Assembly (NCBI RefSeq): GCF_018350175.1
Contig: NC_058368.1
Span: forward strand, 158,350,001-158,414,000
DNA: 64,000 nt
From: Felis catus
Lineage: Eukaryota
Direction: 5' to 3'
Below, one piece after another: positions 50,152-64,000 of the stretch. Positions within the stretch are counted from its first letter, which is position 1, and the number at the start of each line of letters is the position of its first letter. The notes beneath the pieces are model-generated. The model did not search any database. It saw only the letters and a list, made by a program, of their open reading frames with translations, and had not been told where the DNA came from. The position numbers and the translations under genes were made by a program.

Positions 50152-50954
50152 TAAAAAGATTTCTTAATGATACATTGCTGTGTGATTTTTTTGGCATCTA
50201 AATGGCAAGGAGCTCAAAGAATTGTGTGACATTACCAGAACAAAGCTTATTACATTCTCAACTAATATTACTTATGTGAACCAAGTTGCTCAGCACTTAC
50301 GTAAAAAATAATTCAAAATAGGAATAAAATTGATGCTGAATCCTGACTCATTCTAGCAATAGTTGTGCACAGATGCATTGACTGAAGAATAAGACTCATT
50401 CATTTCCTTAATAGATGTATGATGTTAAATAATTTAATCATCAGAATTTGTAACATATTTACATTGTTTTGATCAATGGTGTACTGATTATGATTATAAT
50501 GATAGTGCAAACCAGAAGATGCTTAAAATACTTAAGCCGTATGGTCACTGGAAATTAAATTTTCATTTATATTTCCATTTATATGCATATTTTTGTTTCA
50601 GGAAATCACAATCGGATAAAGACTTTCAATCACAAAATATATTATATTAGGTTAAAATTCTGGGGAGGAAGTGAAGTGTTGAGGAAGGAGAAATTTACAA
50701 CTGTTTGAAAATAACATGTTTATCTTTTTAGTATAAATATGATAGATATAAAATTTTTATGGCATTCATACTCCACTGAACATATTTTAAAATATAAGAG
50801 TTTTAAATGTCAATATTTACAACATGCTAAAATTTACATCATTTGTAACTATTAATAGTATCCAAGTGTTTTAGATGTTTAAAATTTAGACATAGATATA
50901 ATTTTTTTATTTTCTAATTAAAATTTTTTTTCAAAGAATTATGTTTGTTAAACA

Positions 50955-51143
50955 TTTTTTAATGTTTATTTTTGAGAGAAAGAGCATGAGTAGGGGAGGT
51001 GCAGAGTGAGATGGGGGAACAGAGGATCTGAAGCAGGCTTTTCCCAGACAGCAAAGAGCCTGCTGCCAGGCTCAAACTCAAACCATGAGATCATGACCTG
51101 AGCCGGAGTCAGATATTTAACCGACTGAACCACCCAGGCACCC
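50955..51143 (-). mobile_element. Can-SINE (older)
   Basis: Diverged body ending ccaggcaccc. Confidence 0.88.
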
Positions 51144-52020
51144 CTAGATTTAAATGTTTTAAATGTTAGGAAGATATATAGTGTTTAAAAATTATTTTTT
51201 AGGAAATGGCAGCAAAACAGAGACCACTGGTAGGCCAGTAGTAGTCTGCAGATATCTGCAGGTATTTGGATATGCAAATCTGCAAATGTCTAGATTGTTA
51301 AATGGGTTGCCACAACTGCAGAAGTTAGGTCCCAGCCCAGCCATAGGCTTAGGCTGGGAGGTCTGAGGTAGACCAATTCCTGAGATGGATTAGGCAGTCC
51401 TTGGAAATATTCTCATACCAGTAGTCCAAAGATTACCATTGAAGAGACACACTTTGATCTAGGCTTCCTTTCTTCCCAGTTTTGAGAAACATGGTGACTT
51501 AGATATATATTGATTTATCTATTTGCATATAATAGTTACTACCTTGCTATTTGAATTCTTGAATTTGTGGGACAGATTTGCCCTACTGTATTACTTCCTT
51601 ACTGCTGTCCATTTATTTCCTCCCAAAGGCCATCCATGACAACAGCTTGAAGCTATGTAAGAAGCCATAAAAACTGCTGAGGTTCAGTGAGCAGGGCTTC
51701 ACTTCTCTTGCCCTCCACCTGAACATTCATTCATTCATTCATTCTTTCAAGGCTTAGGGTGGGGCCTGAGGATCTGAAGAAGAATCAGACAAGCTCTTTG
51801 TCCTCAAGGAGTGATCAGCCAAGTGAGTGATTCAGCCACGTGAACAAATAATTTTAATACATTGGGTAGACATCAGAACAGAGAAAAGAATGAAAGCCTT
51901 TGGGAACCCTGAGTAATAAGCTACAAACTCTGCCTTGAAGAGTTGGAAAGGTTTCTAAGAGGAAGTGAGAGATCTAAGTTTGAGCCTAAAACTGTAACTT
52001 GAGAGCAAATCACTTGCTAT

Positions 52021-52130
52021 AACACACACACGCATGCACACACACGCATGCACATGCATGCACACGTGCAGGCACATACTTGCACATGTGCAGGCACATA
52101 CATGCACATGCATGTATGCACACACACACC
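52021..52130. repeat. Compound (CA)/(TGCA) alternating purine-pyrimidine repeat
   Basis: acacacacacgcatgcacacacacgcatgcacatgcatgc... Confidence 0.9.
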
Positions 52131-52139
52131 TATTTGCAT

Positions 52140-53115
52140 TGCAATTCTTACATCAACTATCTGGAATTTGTACAGAATTCACAGGTTAAGGGCATAGCTT
52201 CCCACAGAACTGCCCTCACTTTACACATCAGTCGCAAGTTTGGGGATTTCCCATCACCCACACTTCTAACCAATTGGCTATACATTCAGGGGTTCCCACA
52301 CCATTCTTAAGTTTGATAATTTGCTAAAAATAACTCATGGAACTCAGGCATACCTTATACTTAAAATTATAGCTTTACTATAAAGGATGAAAATCAGGAG
52401 CAACCAAAATGAAGAAACATATGGACGAGGTTTGAGAGGGTCCCAACATGAAACATCTGTGTCCTCAGGACATTTCACTATCATGGCACATGGATGTATG
52501 TCATTGACCAGAAAGTTCACCATCTCCTCTACATCTAGAGTTTTTACTGGAGTTTTATTACTGAGGCATCAGTAAATCACTGGCTAAGTGACAGAAGTCA
52601 ATCTCCAGGATCTCCAGGCTCACTCTTCTCCTCAGAGGTCAGGCTGATACCACATGGCTTTACACCCCAAGTCTCTAAGGACATGGTTGTTTTTTCTGTT
52701 GCAAGCAGCCCCTATCCTGAGTCATCTTATCAGCCTTAACTCAGGTGTGGTCAAGGGGGTCACTATGAAAAGCAAACAGTTCTATTGCTCAAGAAATTCC
52801 AAGAATTTAGAGGATTTTCTTTTTTTTGTTGTTTTTTCTTGAAGTTTATTTATTTATTTTGAGAGAAACAGAGTGACTGGGGGAGAAGGAGAGAGAGAGG
52901 GAGAGAGAGAGAATCCCAAGCAGGCTCTGCACTGTCAGCACAGAGCCCAATGTGGGGCTTGAACTCACAAAACTGTGAGATCATGACCTGAGCTGAAACT
53001 TAGAGTTGGACGCTTAACTGACTGAGCCACCCAGGCGCCCCAAGAAATTCCAAGGATTTAGAGGTTATCTCTCAGGAACCAGGGACAAAGACTGGCCAAA
53101 TTCTTTATTATACAA
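52140..53115. mobile_element. MER21-like LTR interrupted by a minus-strand Can-SINE (52815-53041)
   Basis: LTR motifs shared with 8430-8840; SINE bounded by a 23-bp duplication. Confidence 0.7.
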
Positions 53116-55426
53116 TATTATTCTTAAAATGCTTTCATTGTTTTCATTACCTTTAGGATATATGTCACAATAGTCTAGAGGGCCCTGCATGGTCATTTTT
53201 CAGCCTTCTTTATCAGTCTTGTATTCTCCATCATTCCCTGCCCAACAGATACCCTGGGTTTCTTTCAGTTTCTCAAATACATTTGCCACCTTCCAGCAAA
53301 ACAGCCCTTGCCACATGATATTTCAGCTTCCTGAAACAATCTCTATCTTTAACGTTCTTTAATAAGTCCCACAAATATTCTAATATACTTCCAGAAGTCT
53401 CCCCCGACCTCACCTGACTTCCCAGAATAGGTCTCAAGTCTTCCTATTGTTTGGCTTCAGAAACTCTGAGCCTTTCTTTCATAGCACTATTTACATTTAT
53501 AAATCTTAAATCTTGTAAATGCTTAAATCTGTAATGATTTGTTTATTTCTTGTCTCCTCTGCTAAAATGGAAATTCAGTAAGACCGTGTACTATGTTGCT
53601 AGGACTTAGCACAGTACCTTACATATAATACTTGCTCAATAGATAATTGCTGCCCAGAAGAAAGAATGGAATCAATAAATGAGTAAATGCTGCTTGTAAG
53701 CATTCTTAAGAACTCCTCTCTTTCCAGTAATGAAAACCCCCTAATCTGCACCATCTGTCTCAAAACTTTTCACTTTGACTTATTAACCCCAACAGGGTGC
53801 CTGACATATCACTGCCAAGTTATTGGAGCCATCTCGGTTCAGTTATCAGCCCCAAATTACATTCTCATTCTCCAGAGAGCAAGGCTGTCCCTGACCCTGG
53901 ACAGATCAACTGCTTTATTACCACTCTTTCTTCCTTTTCCATGATGAATCAGAGTCCACTTTACAGTCTGTAACATAATATAAATTTTAAGTCTGTCATA
54001 TATTATAGTATAAAAGTCTATAGATAATAGTTCTGACTTAGCAACAAGGGACAAATATGTAAACATTTCACTTAAGAATTCATGTAAGACGGTTGCATAC
54101 TGGAATTATATAGGGTGCCTTTTTAAAAGTTGAGATATAATTGACCTATAACATTGGATTAGATTAGTTATATAACATAATGATTTGATACATGTACATA
54201 TTGTAAAATGATTACCACCGTAAGATTAGTTAACCTCAATCACCACATATAATTACAATTTTTTTCTTGTGATGAGCAATTTTTAAGATCTACTCTCTTA
54301 GCCACTTTCAAACATACAAAAACAGTATTGTTAACTACTCACCTCGTTGGGGTGCTTTTAAACCAACTGATACTCAGTTAAAGCAGAATCTCTGATGCAG
54401 CCCAGGAGTGGGTCTATTTTTAAAGTCCCAGGTTATTGTAATGTGCAGTCAGTTGTGACCCACAGGAGTAGCTACAGTGTTCATCATGGTCATGGGTAGG
54501 TACATAAATTTGCCCCCATCAAGAACCCATGTCACATTTCCTAATTTCCTGATTGTTTAACCCTGGTTGGGATGCAAATATATTATCTGAGAAAGAGATA
54601 GTAACTGTGCAGAAAGGTCTTGGGTGAGTGCCCAATTCATAAAAATTCCCTTCTCTGAGGACACCATTGATACACCATGTTTGCTATGTTTGTATATTAT
54701 AACCCTGTATTCCTGGCCATACGTGAGAAATAGACACTTCAACCGTGTTATTCCAACAATCTCTCTTTCAAATTTGAATCTTGGAACAAAGTTAGAGCTG
54801 AATAACAATATGCTAGAAATGCTTTTTGCAGCTTTTGATGATTTCCTTGGTGTTAAAACATCGTGGTCAATTTCCAGCTATTAATGTAATACTATTTGGT
54901 TTGCAAAACTTCTGAAAATATAACAAGTGGTTCTCCCCAGTTGTGATGAGCCAGCTCCAACACATCGATGGAGCTGTCATTTTAATGTCTGCCCCTCAGA
55001 TAAGATTCAAATATACTTCCTACCCTGTTCCCTGAATTTTCCAGAGATAAGTGATGCAACTCTGAAATTCTTGGAGACATTCCTCTCATTCATCTTCCTT
55101 CCAGTAAACACTTTTTTTTTGGCTTAAGCTATTTACAACCAGCCTTTCCTACATGCAGTAAAAAGACCCTAAAATAATGAGGGTCACTCTTTAGGATATT
55201 AACACTTTAGTTTGAGTAGGTTTATCAGATGCCCTGGTTCCTGAGAGAAGTAGGAAACAGGCCAGGCATGGTAGAAGGATTCCAGGGAAGGAAGGCTGAG
55301 CAAGCAGCTGGTAGCAGACAGAATCTGTGTGCTTGTCGGGAGACACTAAGAGGGTCACCCTCCCCAGCTCACACTCTGTCTCTGTCTCTCTCTCTCAAAA
55401 ATTAATAAACATTAAAATTAAAAAAA

Positions 55427-55640
55427 TTTTTTTTTTCAACGTTTATTTATTTTTGGGACAGAGAGAGACAGAGCATGAACGGGGGAGGGGCAGAGAGAGA
55501 GGGAGACACAGAATCGGAAACAGGCTCCAGGCTCTGAGCCATCAGCCCAGAGCCCGACGCGGGGCTCGAACTCACGGACCGCGAGATCGTGACCTGGCTG
55601 AAGTCGGACGCTTAACCGACTGCGCCACCCAGGCGCCCCC
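55427..55640 (-). mobile_element. Young Can-SINE (SINEC_Fc)
   Basis: CpG-rich and nearly identical to the copies at 9942 and 17426. Confidence 0.96.
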
Positions 55641-56338
55641 CAATTTTTTTTTTTAAAAGAGAGAGTCACAGGTGGAGTGGAAGACGGGAGAGTGCTAAAA
55701 ACAGAGCTTATTTTCAGAATTCTGCCCAGCATGGCTTCTGGCACTCTCTACCTCCTTTAGAGAGAATTTATCAAACATTTTAAAAGGGCTATTGACTCAA
55801 GCACTATGGAAGCTAGGGTTGTTTATTTACAAGTATTCACCTTCAATCTCACGAAAGAAGCTGAGATACTATAGCTTTGAGGAGTAGGGAAGAGAGGCAG
55901 GGAAATCAGAAATAACAAATAGGGTAAGGACAATTATGTCTGAATCTCTTCCCAAATACGCTGGGGTGTTAAGGCATTCTATTCCTCAAAGTTTATAAAC
56001 TTGTCTACAGAATGGCATATATATTGACTATGACAATCCATGTTAGTAGGGAGAAAATGAAGCTCTAATGCTGCTAATGTAGAATAGAGAATTAAACTGG
56101 GAATAGAAAAATAAGGATGTCAGTGTGAAGTAACACTAAGTATAGTCATTTATTCAAACTCCTTACCATTCAGGCTTCATTATGTTGCAAAGCATTAATT
56201 ATATGCACATCAGTAAGTATATTACCTATAAACTTGGTTCTTTTATTTGACTAATTTATCCTTATAATACTTAGCCCACATACTTCAGGCTGATGTGGCA
56301 GTTTTGTGTACTCAAACTTTAAAAAAAAATATCAGAAC

Positions 56339-56550
56339 TGGGGCACCTGGGTGGTTCAGTTAGTTCAGCATCCAACTTTGGCTCAGGTCATGATCTCACT
56401 GCTCGTGAGTTCTAGCCCCGCGCTGGGCTCTGAGCTAACAGTTCAGAGCCTGGAGCCTGCTTCAGATTCTGTCTCCATCTCTCTGCCTCTCCCCTGCTTG
56501 CTCTCTGTCTCTGTCTCTCTCAAATACAAAATAAAACAAAAAAAATGAAA
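56339..56550 (+). mobile_element. Can-SINE
   Basis: Head, CT tract, tail; TSD core atcagaact. Confidence 0.92.
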
Positions 56551-56877
56551 GAATAAAAATGATCAGAACTGTTGTTCATATTCTGACATTCTCTGTGTGA
56601 CCTTGGGTATTCACTGACTCCTTCCAGTCTTCCTTTTCCTCAACTGAAAATAACAATTACATTAGATCATGCCTAAGACCCACTGTAGCTGTAAGAGTCC
56701 ATGAATCTAAATATATTTGGACATGAAAATTTTCATATATTGTTCAGAGAGAAAGAAATTATGTTACTACATCGTTTAAATCTTCTGATTTTCTCATTCA
56801 GGAGGGAAGACAATGATTCTAATTTTCTGAATATTTAGAATGAAATGAGAGGAGTCTCCCAATGGAGATATTCTACC

Positions 56878-56963
56878 AGAAAAGAAAAGAAAAGAAAAGA
56901 AAAGAAAAGAAAAGAAAAGAAAAGAAAAAGAAAAAGAAAAAGAAAAAGAAAAAGAAAAGAAAA
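56878..56963. repeat. (GAAAA)n/(GAAAAA)n repeat
   Basis: Purine-only tandem run. Confidence 0.95.
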
Positions 56964-57481
56964 CCTTATGATTTTTTTCCTTGAAGTTCTCATATTTTAA
57001 AATGCTCTTGGTAATAATAGTCTCACAAACAATCAGGGTATAAATTAACCCCTGGAAGAATCCATTCTTGATACATATTAGAATGTAAAACAGAAAGGTA
57101 GTAGAATGGTCACAGAGATGCTTACAGAGAAGCTTTTATCAATGTTCTAATTTGGTCATAAAAAACAGAACCAAAGGAAGATATCCAGGAACTTCAAAGA
57201 GGTCCTTAAAGCTGCCTTGTAATTACATTATACTTTCCTGGTGCAGTGGTTCTTAGATATTGGTGTTTGTTAACTGGGAAAAGAGGCATATACAAAGGCT
57301 CAGGATCTGTCCTACATTAGCAGCCTGACCCTTTGTATTACTTGATTTGGTAGTGATATACACCAAAGGTTGAGATCCACTGCTCTGACCTATTTGGCCT
57401 TCCACTGTCCTTGACCAGTTGTTCTTAAAGTTTCCTGCACATTGAAATGACCTGGGCCACTTTTAAATATCCTGACACCTA

Positions 57482-59141
57482 GACTTCTGGGGAAGGTGGT
57501 GAAGTAGGAGGATCCTAGCCTCACCTCATCACACAGCTACACCTAGATAACACTCACATCAGTGTACACAACCCAGAAAATGACCCAAAAACTGGCAGAA
57601 AATGCTCTTCAAAGCTAACTGTAGAGAAGAGGCCATATCAAAGAGGGTAGGAAGGGCAGAGACACAGTGAGGAGTCAAAGTGACCCACGGGACTGTCCAC
57701 AGGAGTGAGAGACACCACAGGCTTAAAGAAGGGAGAGGCGCCCAAGGCACAGAGGAGACCCACTAGGGAGACCAATCCCCATAACATGTGGCTTTGTAAA
57801 ACAGAGGGGCCTAACTTTGCGAGTTCTTACAATCAGTGAGCTTAATACATGCAACTTTGAAAGCCAGTAGGCTCAACTCCAGGAGAGCTAGAGGGGCAAT
57901 AGGAAACTGTCCTTAAAGAGATAGCGTAACAAACATCCCTGTTGAGATATAGCATAGAAGCAACAGTTTGGAAAACATCTGGGGAAGATTTATTTACTAA
58001 TCTCAGAGTGTATGCTGCAGAGGCATGGATCTTTGAGATACTTCTCCAAAAACAAAAGAGCTGTATGTGCCATTTTTCTCATCTGTCCCCCCACCCCCAG
58101 ACTACATATACAAAAATGAGTGCAGCTGAACACTCTCTACCTCCCTTGCTAACAGCAATGTCCTTCCCCTGCATTCTCCTGTGGAAATGCCCTCTCCATC
58201 CTAATTTCAGCAGATGTTCTCCTGTGTAGCTGTAAGTCCCCTCCCACAGCGAACCTGTGCAGACCTTGATGCATCAGGTACCCAGCCTGCCACCACGTTC
58301 TCCTATGGACCCACCCCTTCTAACAAGCCTGTGGCAGGAATGCATAGAAAGGAGTACCATAAGCCTAGCAGTGTGCAAGCAGTCCCAACAAGGGCCAGCA
58401 CTACTACAAAGTGAAGATAACCACACACACCAGTCAGACAGTGGCACCAGCAGTGGGCTGGGGGCTGACATCTGGTCTGACTGCAGGACCCACCCAACAA
58501 CAAAGCTTCTCAGGGGACAACATTGGTTCTATCACAGTTTTGGCATTAAAACTCAAGTTATGACTAAACTCAAGTCCTAGGCAGCCCCAGGCAGCCCCAG
58601 GCAGCCTCAAACTGGCCATCTAACAATAACACAGGGACCAAACACTGCTCACAACAGGCAAAGAGAGCTTCAGTCACAACAGTAGGGCACACACAATACA
58701 CATTGGAGACATCAGTTTCTGATAAACAGGGGGTATTGCACTGTAGGGCACTACAAGACCTCTTCTTCACAAGACCATTAGTTTTAAGACCAGAAAACGT
58801 AGCTGACTTTCTTAACACATAGAAACAGACACAGAGACTTAGACAAAATGAGAAGACAGAGGAATATATCCCAAATGAAATAACAGGACAAAATTACAGC
58901 AATAGAGCTAAATGAAACAGAGATAAGTAATATGTTTGATAGAGAATTTAAACTAATGACTATAGGGGTGCACCTGGGTGGCTCAGTAGGTTGAGCATCC
59001 AACTTCAGCTCAGGTCATGATCTCATGGTTCATAGGTTCAAGCCCCACATTAGGTTCTGTGTGACAGCACAGAGCCTGGAGCCTGCTTTGGATTCTGTGT
59101 CTCCCTTTCTCTCTGCCCCTTCCCTGCTCATTTTCTTTCTT

Positions 59142-59178
<37 letters not shown>

Positions 59179-61633
59179 ATCAAAAATAAATAAACATTTA
59201 AAAATTAAAAAAAAATAAATAAAATAATGACCATAAAGACACTCACTGGACTTGAGAAGAGTGGTGGACCTCAGTGAAACCCTTAACAAAGAGTTAGAAA
59301 ACATAAAAACAACCAATCAAGGATGAAGAACTCAATAACTGAAATTAAAAACCCATTACAGTGAATAAATAGTAGACTAGAGGAAACAGAAGAATGAATT
59401 AGCAACCTGGAGGACAAAGTAATGGAAAACAATTGAGCTGAATAGGAGAGCAAGAAAAGAAAAATAAAAAATGAATATAGATTAAGGAAACTAAGTGACA
59501 ATACAAACTGTAATAACATTCACATTATAGGAATGCCAGAAGGAGGGGAGAAAAGGCGAAAAATTATTTGAAGAAATAATAGCTGAAAACTATCCAAATC
59601 AGGAGAAAGAAATAGAAATCCAGATCCAGAAGACATAGAGAGCCTCCAACAAAATCAACCCAAGGAGGTCCATACCAAGACACATAATAATTAAACTGAC
59701 AAAAACTAGTGATAAAGAGAGAATATTAAAAGCAGCAAGAGAAAAGAAGACAGTTACATAAAAGGGAAACCCCATAAGGCTACTAGCCATTTCACAGCAG
59801 AAACTTTGCAGGCCAGAAGAGAGTGGCATGATATATTCAAAGTGCCGAAAGAGGAAAAACCTGCAACCAAGAGTACTCTATCCAGTAAGACTAGCATTCA
59901 GAATAGGAGAGATAAAAAGTTTCCCAAACAAAAGTTAAAGGAATTCATCACCACTAAACCAGCCTTATAAGAAATGTTAAAAAAAATAATAATAAAAGAG
60001 GGGCTCCTGGGTGGCTCAGTCAGTTAAGCCTCCGACTTTGGCTCAGGTCATGATTTCATAGTTTGTGGGTTCAAGTCCTGGAACAGGCTCTGTGCTGACA
60101 GCTTAAAGCCTGCAGCTGCTTCAGATTCTGTGTCTCGTTCTCTTTCTGCCCCTCCCCCACTCATTCTGTCTCTCCTCTCAATAATAAGCAAACACTGAAA
60201 AAATTAAAAAATAATAAGGAAAGAAATGTTAAAGGGGACTCCTTGAGTAGAAAAGAAAGACCATATGCAGGAGTAAGAAAAGTAGGAAGCACAAAAGCAA
60301 TAAAATTAAGTGTATTCTAAAGAAATCAGTTAAGGTACTCACTGAATAAAAAAATGTAAAATATGACACCATATACCTAAAACTTGGAGGGGAGAGAGAT
60401 AAAAATTTAGTGCTTTTAGAAGGGGTTCAAACTTAAGTGATCATTAACTTAACATAGACTGCTATATGAATAAGATGATATATATAAACCTGATAATAAC
60501 TGAAAATCAAAACCAGTAATAGATAGGCAAAAAATCAAGAGAAAGAATCCAAATAATCATTAAAGAAAACCAGCAAACTGTGAGAGAAGAGAGCAAGAGA
60601 AGAAAGTAACAGAGAGGAACTACAAAAACAACCATAAAACAAGTAACAAAATGGCAGTAAATACATAACTATCAAAAATTACTTTGAACATAAATAGACT
60701 AAATGTTCTAATCAAAGACATAGGGTGACAGAATGAAAAAAAAGGAAGACTCATCTGTATGCTGTGTACAAAAGACACATTTTAGACCTAAAGACACACA
60801 CAGATGGAAGTGAGGGGATGGAAAAGCATTTTCATGCCAATGGAAGTGAAATGAAAGCTGAGGTAGCAATACTTATATTGGATAAAATAAACTTTAAAAC
60901 ATACTGTAACAGGAGCCAAAGAAGGACACTATATAATAATCATAAAGGGAATAATCCGACAAGAAGATATAACAATTATAAATATTTATGCACTCAACAT
61001 GAGAGAAACCAAATACATAAAGCAGCTAATAACAAACATAAAGGAAGTAACAGATAGTAATAAATAATTGTAGAGGACTTTAACACTTCACTTAAATCAA
61101 TGGATAGATAATCCAAACAGAAATGCAACAAGGAAAAAAAGGCTTTGAATGACACATTGGACCAGATAGATATAACAGATGTATTCAGAATATTCCATCC
61201 TAAAACAATGAAATACACATTATTTTCAGGAGCACATGGAACATTCTCCAGAGTAGATCACATATTAGACCACAAAATAAGTCTCAACCAATTCAGAAAG
61301 ATAGAAGTCATACCATGCCTGTTTTCTGACCATAATGCCATGGAACTAGAAATCAACCACAAGAAAAAATTTGGAAAGAACACAAATATATAGAAGTTAA
61401 ATAACGTGCTACTAAAAAAATGAATGATCAATAAAGAAATAAAAAAGAAATAAAAAACTCCATGGAGACAAATGAAAATACAATGGTTTAAAATTTGGGG
61501 GATGTAGGGGCACCTGGGTGGCTCAGTCAGCTAAGCATCTATCTGACTTCGGCTCAGGTCATGATCTCATACCTCATGTGAGCCTTGCATTGGGCTCTGT
61601 GCTGACAGCTCAGAGCCTGGAGCCTGATTCAGA

Positions 61634-61684
<51 letters not shown>

Positions 61685-62058
61685 TGCCCCTCCCCCACTC
61701 ACACTCTGTCTCTCTCTCTCTCTCAAAAATAAATAAATATTAATTTCTTTTTAATTTTTGGGATGCAGCAAAAGCTATTCTAAGAGGGAGTTTATGGCAA
61801 TACAGGCCTACTTCAAGAAGCAAGAAAAATCTCAAATAAACCAACCTAACCTTACACCTAAAAGAGCTAGAAAAAGAACAAACAAAACCCATAACAGCAA
61901 AAACAAGGATATAATTAAGGTTAGAACAGAAATAAATGATATAGAAACTAAAAACAAAACCAACCGACCCAACAAACAAAACAGCAGAACAGATCAATGA
62001 AGCCAGGAGCTAGTTCTTTGAAAAGATCAACAAAACTGATAAACCTTTAGCTACATTC

Positions 62059-62096
<38 letters not shown>

Positions 62097-64000
62097 TTCA
62101 AACAAAATCACAAATGAAAGAGGAGAAATAACAACAAATACCACAGAAAAACAAGCAATTATAAGAGAATATTATGAAAAATATATGCCAATAAATTGGA
62201 CAACCTAGAAACATATAACCTACCAAAACTGAATCAGGAAGAAATAGAAAATTTTAACAGACTGATTACCCCTAACAAAATTAAATCAGTAATCAAAAAA
62301 CTCCCAACACACAAAAGTCCAGAACCAGATGGCTTCACAGGTGAATTCGACTAAACATTTAAAGAAGAGTTCAGGGGTGCCTGGGTGGTTCAGTCAGTTA
62401 AGCTTCCAATTTCAGCTCAGGTCATGATCTCATAGTACGTGAGGTCAAGCCCCACATCACTCTCATGCTGACAGCTCAGATCCTGGAGTTTGCTTCGGAT
62501 TCTGTGTCTCCCTCTCTCTCTGTCCCTTCCCTGCTCACAGTCTGTCTGTCTGTCTCTCTCTCAAAAAATAAATAAACATTAAAAAAAAATTTAAGGAAGA
62601 GGTCATGCCTATTCTTCTCAAACTCTTCCAAAAAATAGAAGAGGAAGGAAAGCTTCCCAATTTATTCTATGAGGCCTACATTACCCCAAAGCAAAACCAG
62701 ATAAAGACACTACCAAAAAAGAGAACTACAGGCCAATATCTTAGATGAACATAGGTGTAAAAATCTTCAACAAAATATTAGCCAACTGAATATAACAATA
62801 CATTAAAAAATGATTCACTACAAACAAGTGGGGTTTATTGCTTGCATGCAAAATTGAATGTTTGCAAATCAATCAATGTGATACATCACATCAACAAAAG
62901 AAAGGATAAAAACAGTATGGTCATATCAATAGATGCAGAAAAATAATTTGACAAAGTACAATAACTATTTATGATAAAAATGCTCAACAAAGTAGGTTTA
63001 GAGGGAACATACTTCAACAAAGGTCATATATGGGGGTACATGGGTAGCTCAGTCATTTGAATATCCAACTCTTGATCTTGGCTTGGGTTTTAGTCTCAGG
63101 GTTGTGAGTTTGGGCCCCACATTGGACTCCATACTGGGTATGAAGCCTACTTAAAAAAAATCAGATATGAAAAACCCACAGTTAACATAATACTCAACAT
63201 ACTCAACATACTCAATGGTGAAAAACTGAAAGCTTTCCCTCTAGGATCAGGAAAAAGACAAAGATTCACACTCTCATCAGTTTTATTCAACAGAGTACTA
63301 GAAGTCCTAGCCACAACAACAGACAACACACACACAAAAATAAAGGCATCCAAATTAGTGAGGAAGAAGTAAAATTTTCACTATTTGCAGATGACATAAT
63401 ACTACATATATAAAACCCAAAAACTCTACCAAACATTACTAAAACTGATAAATGAATTTAGGAAGGTTGTAGGATACAAAATCAATGTGCAGAAATCATT
63501 ACATTCCTATACACTAAGAATGAAGTAGGAAAAAGAGAAATTAAGAAAACAGTCCCATTTACAATTGCACCAAAAATAATAAAATACCCAGGAATAAATT
63601 TAACCAAGGAGGTGAAAGACCTGTACTCTGAAAATTATAAAACACTGGTGAAAGAAATTGAAGATGACACAAACAATTGGAAAGAAATTCCACGCTCATG
63701 GATTAGAGGAAGAAATATTGTTAAAATGTCCATACTACTCCCAAGTACTCTACAAATTGAACGCAATCCCTATCAAAATGCCAACAACATTTTTTCACAG
63801 AACTAGACCAAATAATTCTAAAATTTGTATGGAAACACAAAAGACTCTGAATAGCCAAAGAAATCTTGAAAAGATAAAAACTGACGGTCTTACAATCCCA
63901 GATTACAAGATATACTACAACTCTATAGTAATCAAAATAATATGGTACCGGTACAAAAATAGACATATAGATCTTTAGAAAAGAATAGAAAGCCCAAAAA
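57482..64000 (+). mobile_element. Old L1 with its 5' end (5' UTR, ORF1 ~58848, ORF2 ~60651), running off the window and interrupted by five plus-strand SINEs (~58965, 60000, 61507, 62373, 63032)
   Basis: 5' end gacttctggggaaggtggtgaagtagg; ORF2 peptides LNDTLDQIDITDVFRIFHPK...GAHGTFSRVDHIL...FSDHNAMELEIN; ttcactatttgcagatgacataatacta (LFADDII); heavily disrupted. Confidence 0.93.

Overview
Mammalian genomic DNA, most likely a felid, judging by abundant tRNA-derived Can-SINEs of the SINEC_Fc type and carnivore L1s. The only protein-coding gene I can support is the 5' half of ERAP1 (ER aminopeptidase 1, M1 family) on the minus strand. It has a CpG-island promoter with non-coding exon 1 (~21.3 kb) and six coding exons (14960-14434, 12677-12539, 9639-9505, 2673-2553, 1823-1669, 1325-1212). 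All have canonical GT/AG sites, stay in frame, and together encode the GAMEN and HEXXH(18)E motifs; the gene continues past position 1. Intron 4 carries a decayed, antisense betaretrovirus-like provirus (2725-7456, 6-bp TSD TCTCCA). The 42 kb upstream of the promoter is mostly repeats: about 20 SINEs, a near-full-length L1 nested in an older L1, a second old L1 interrupted by five SINEs, solo LTRs and MITEs. I do not see a clearly new biological system. The most notable observations are (i) His at the ERAP1 S1-pocket residue equivalent to human Gln181, (ii) an apparently chimeric provirus with a tRNA-Trp-like PBS sitting 51 nt from a splice acceptor, and (iii) a tailless SINE flanked by a 69-bp duplication. 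Repeat family names and human comparisons are from memory, not database searches, and repeat boundaries without a stated TSD are approximate.
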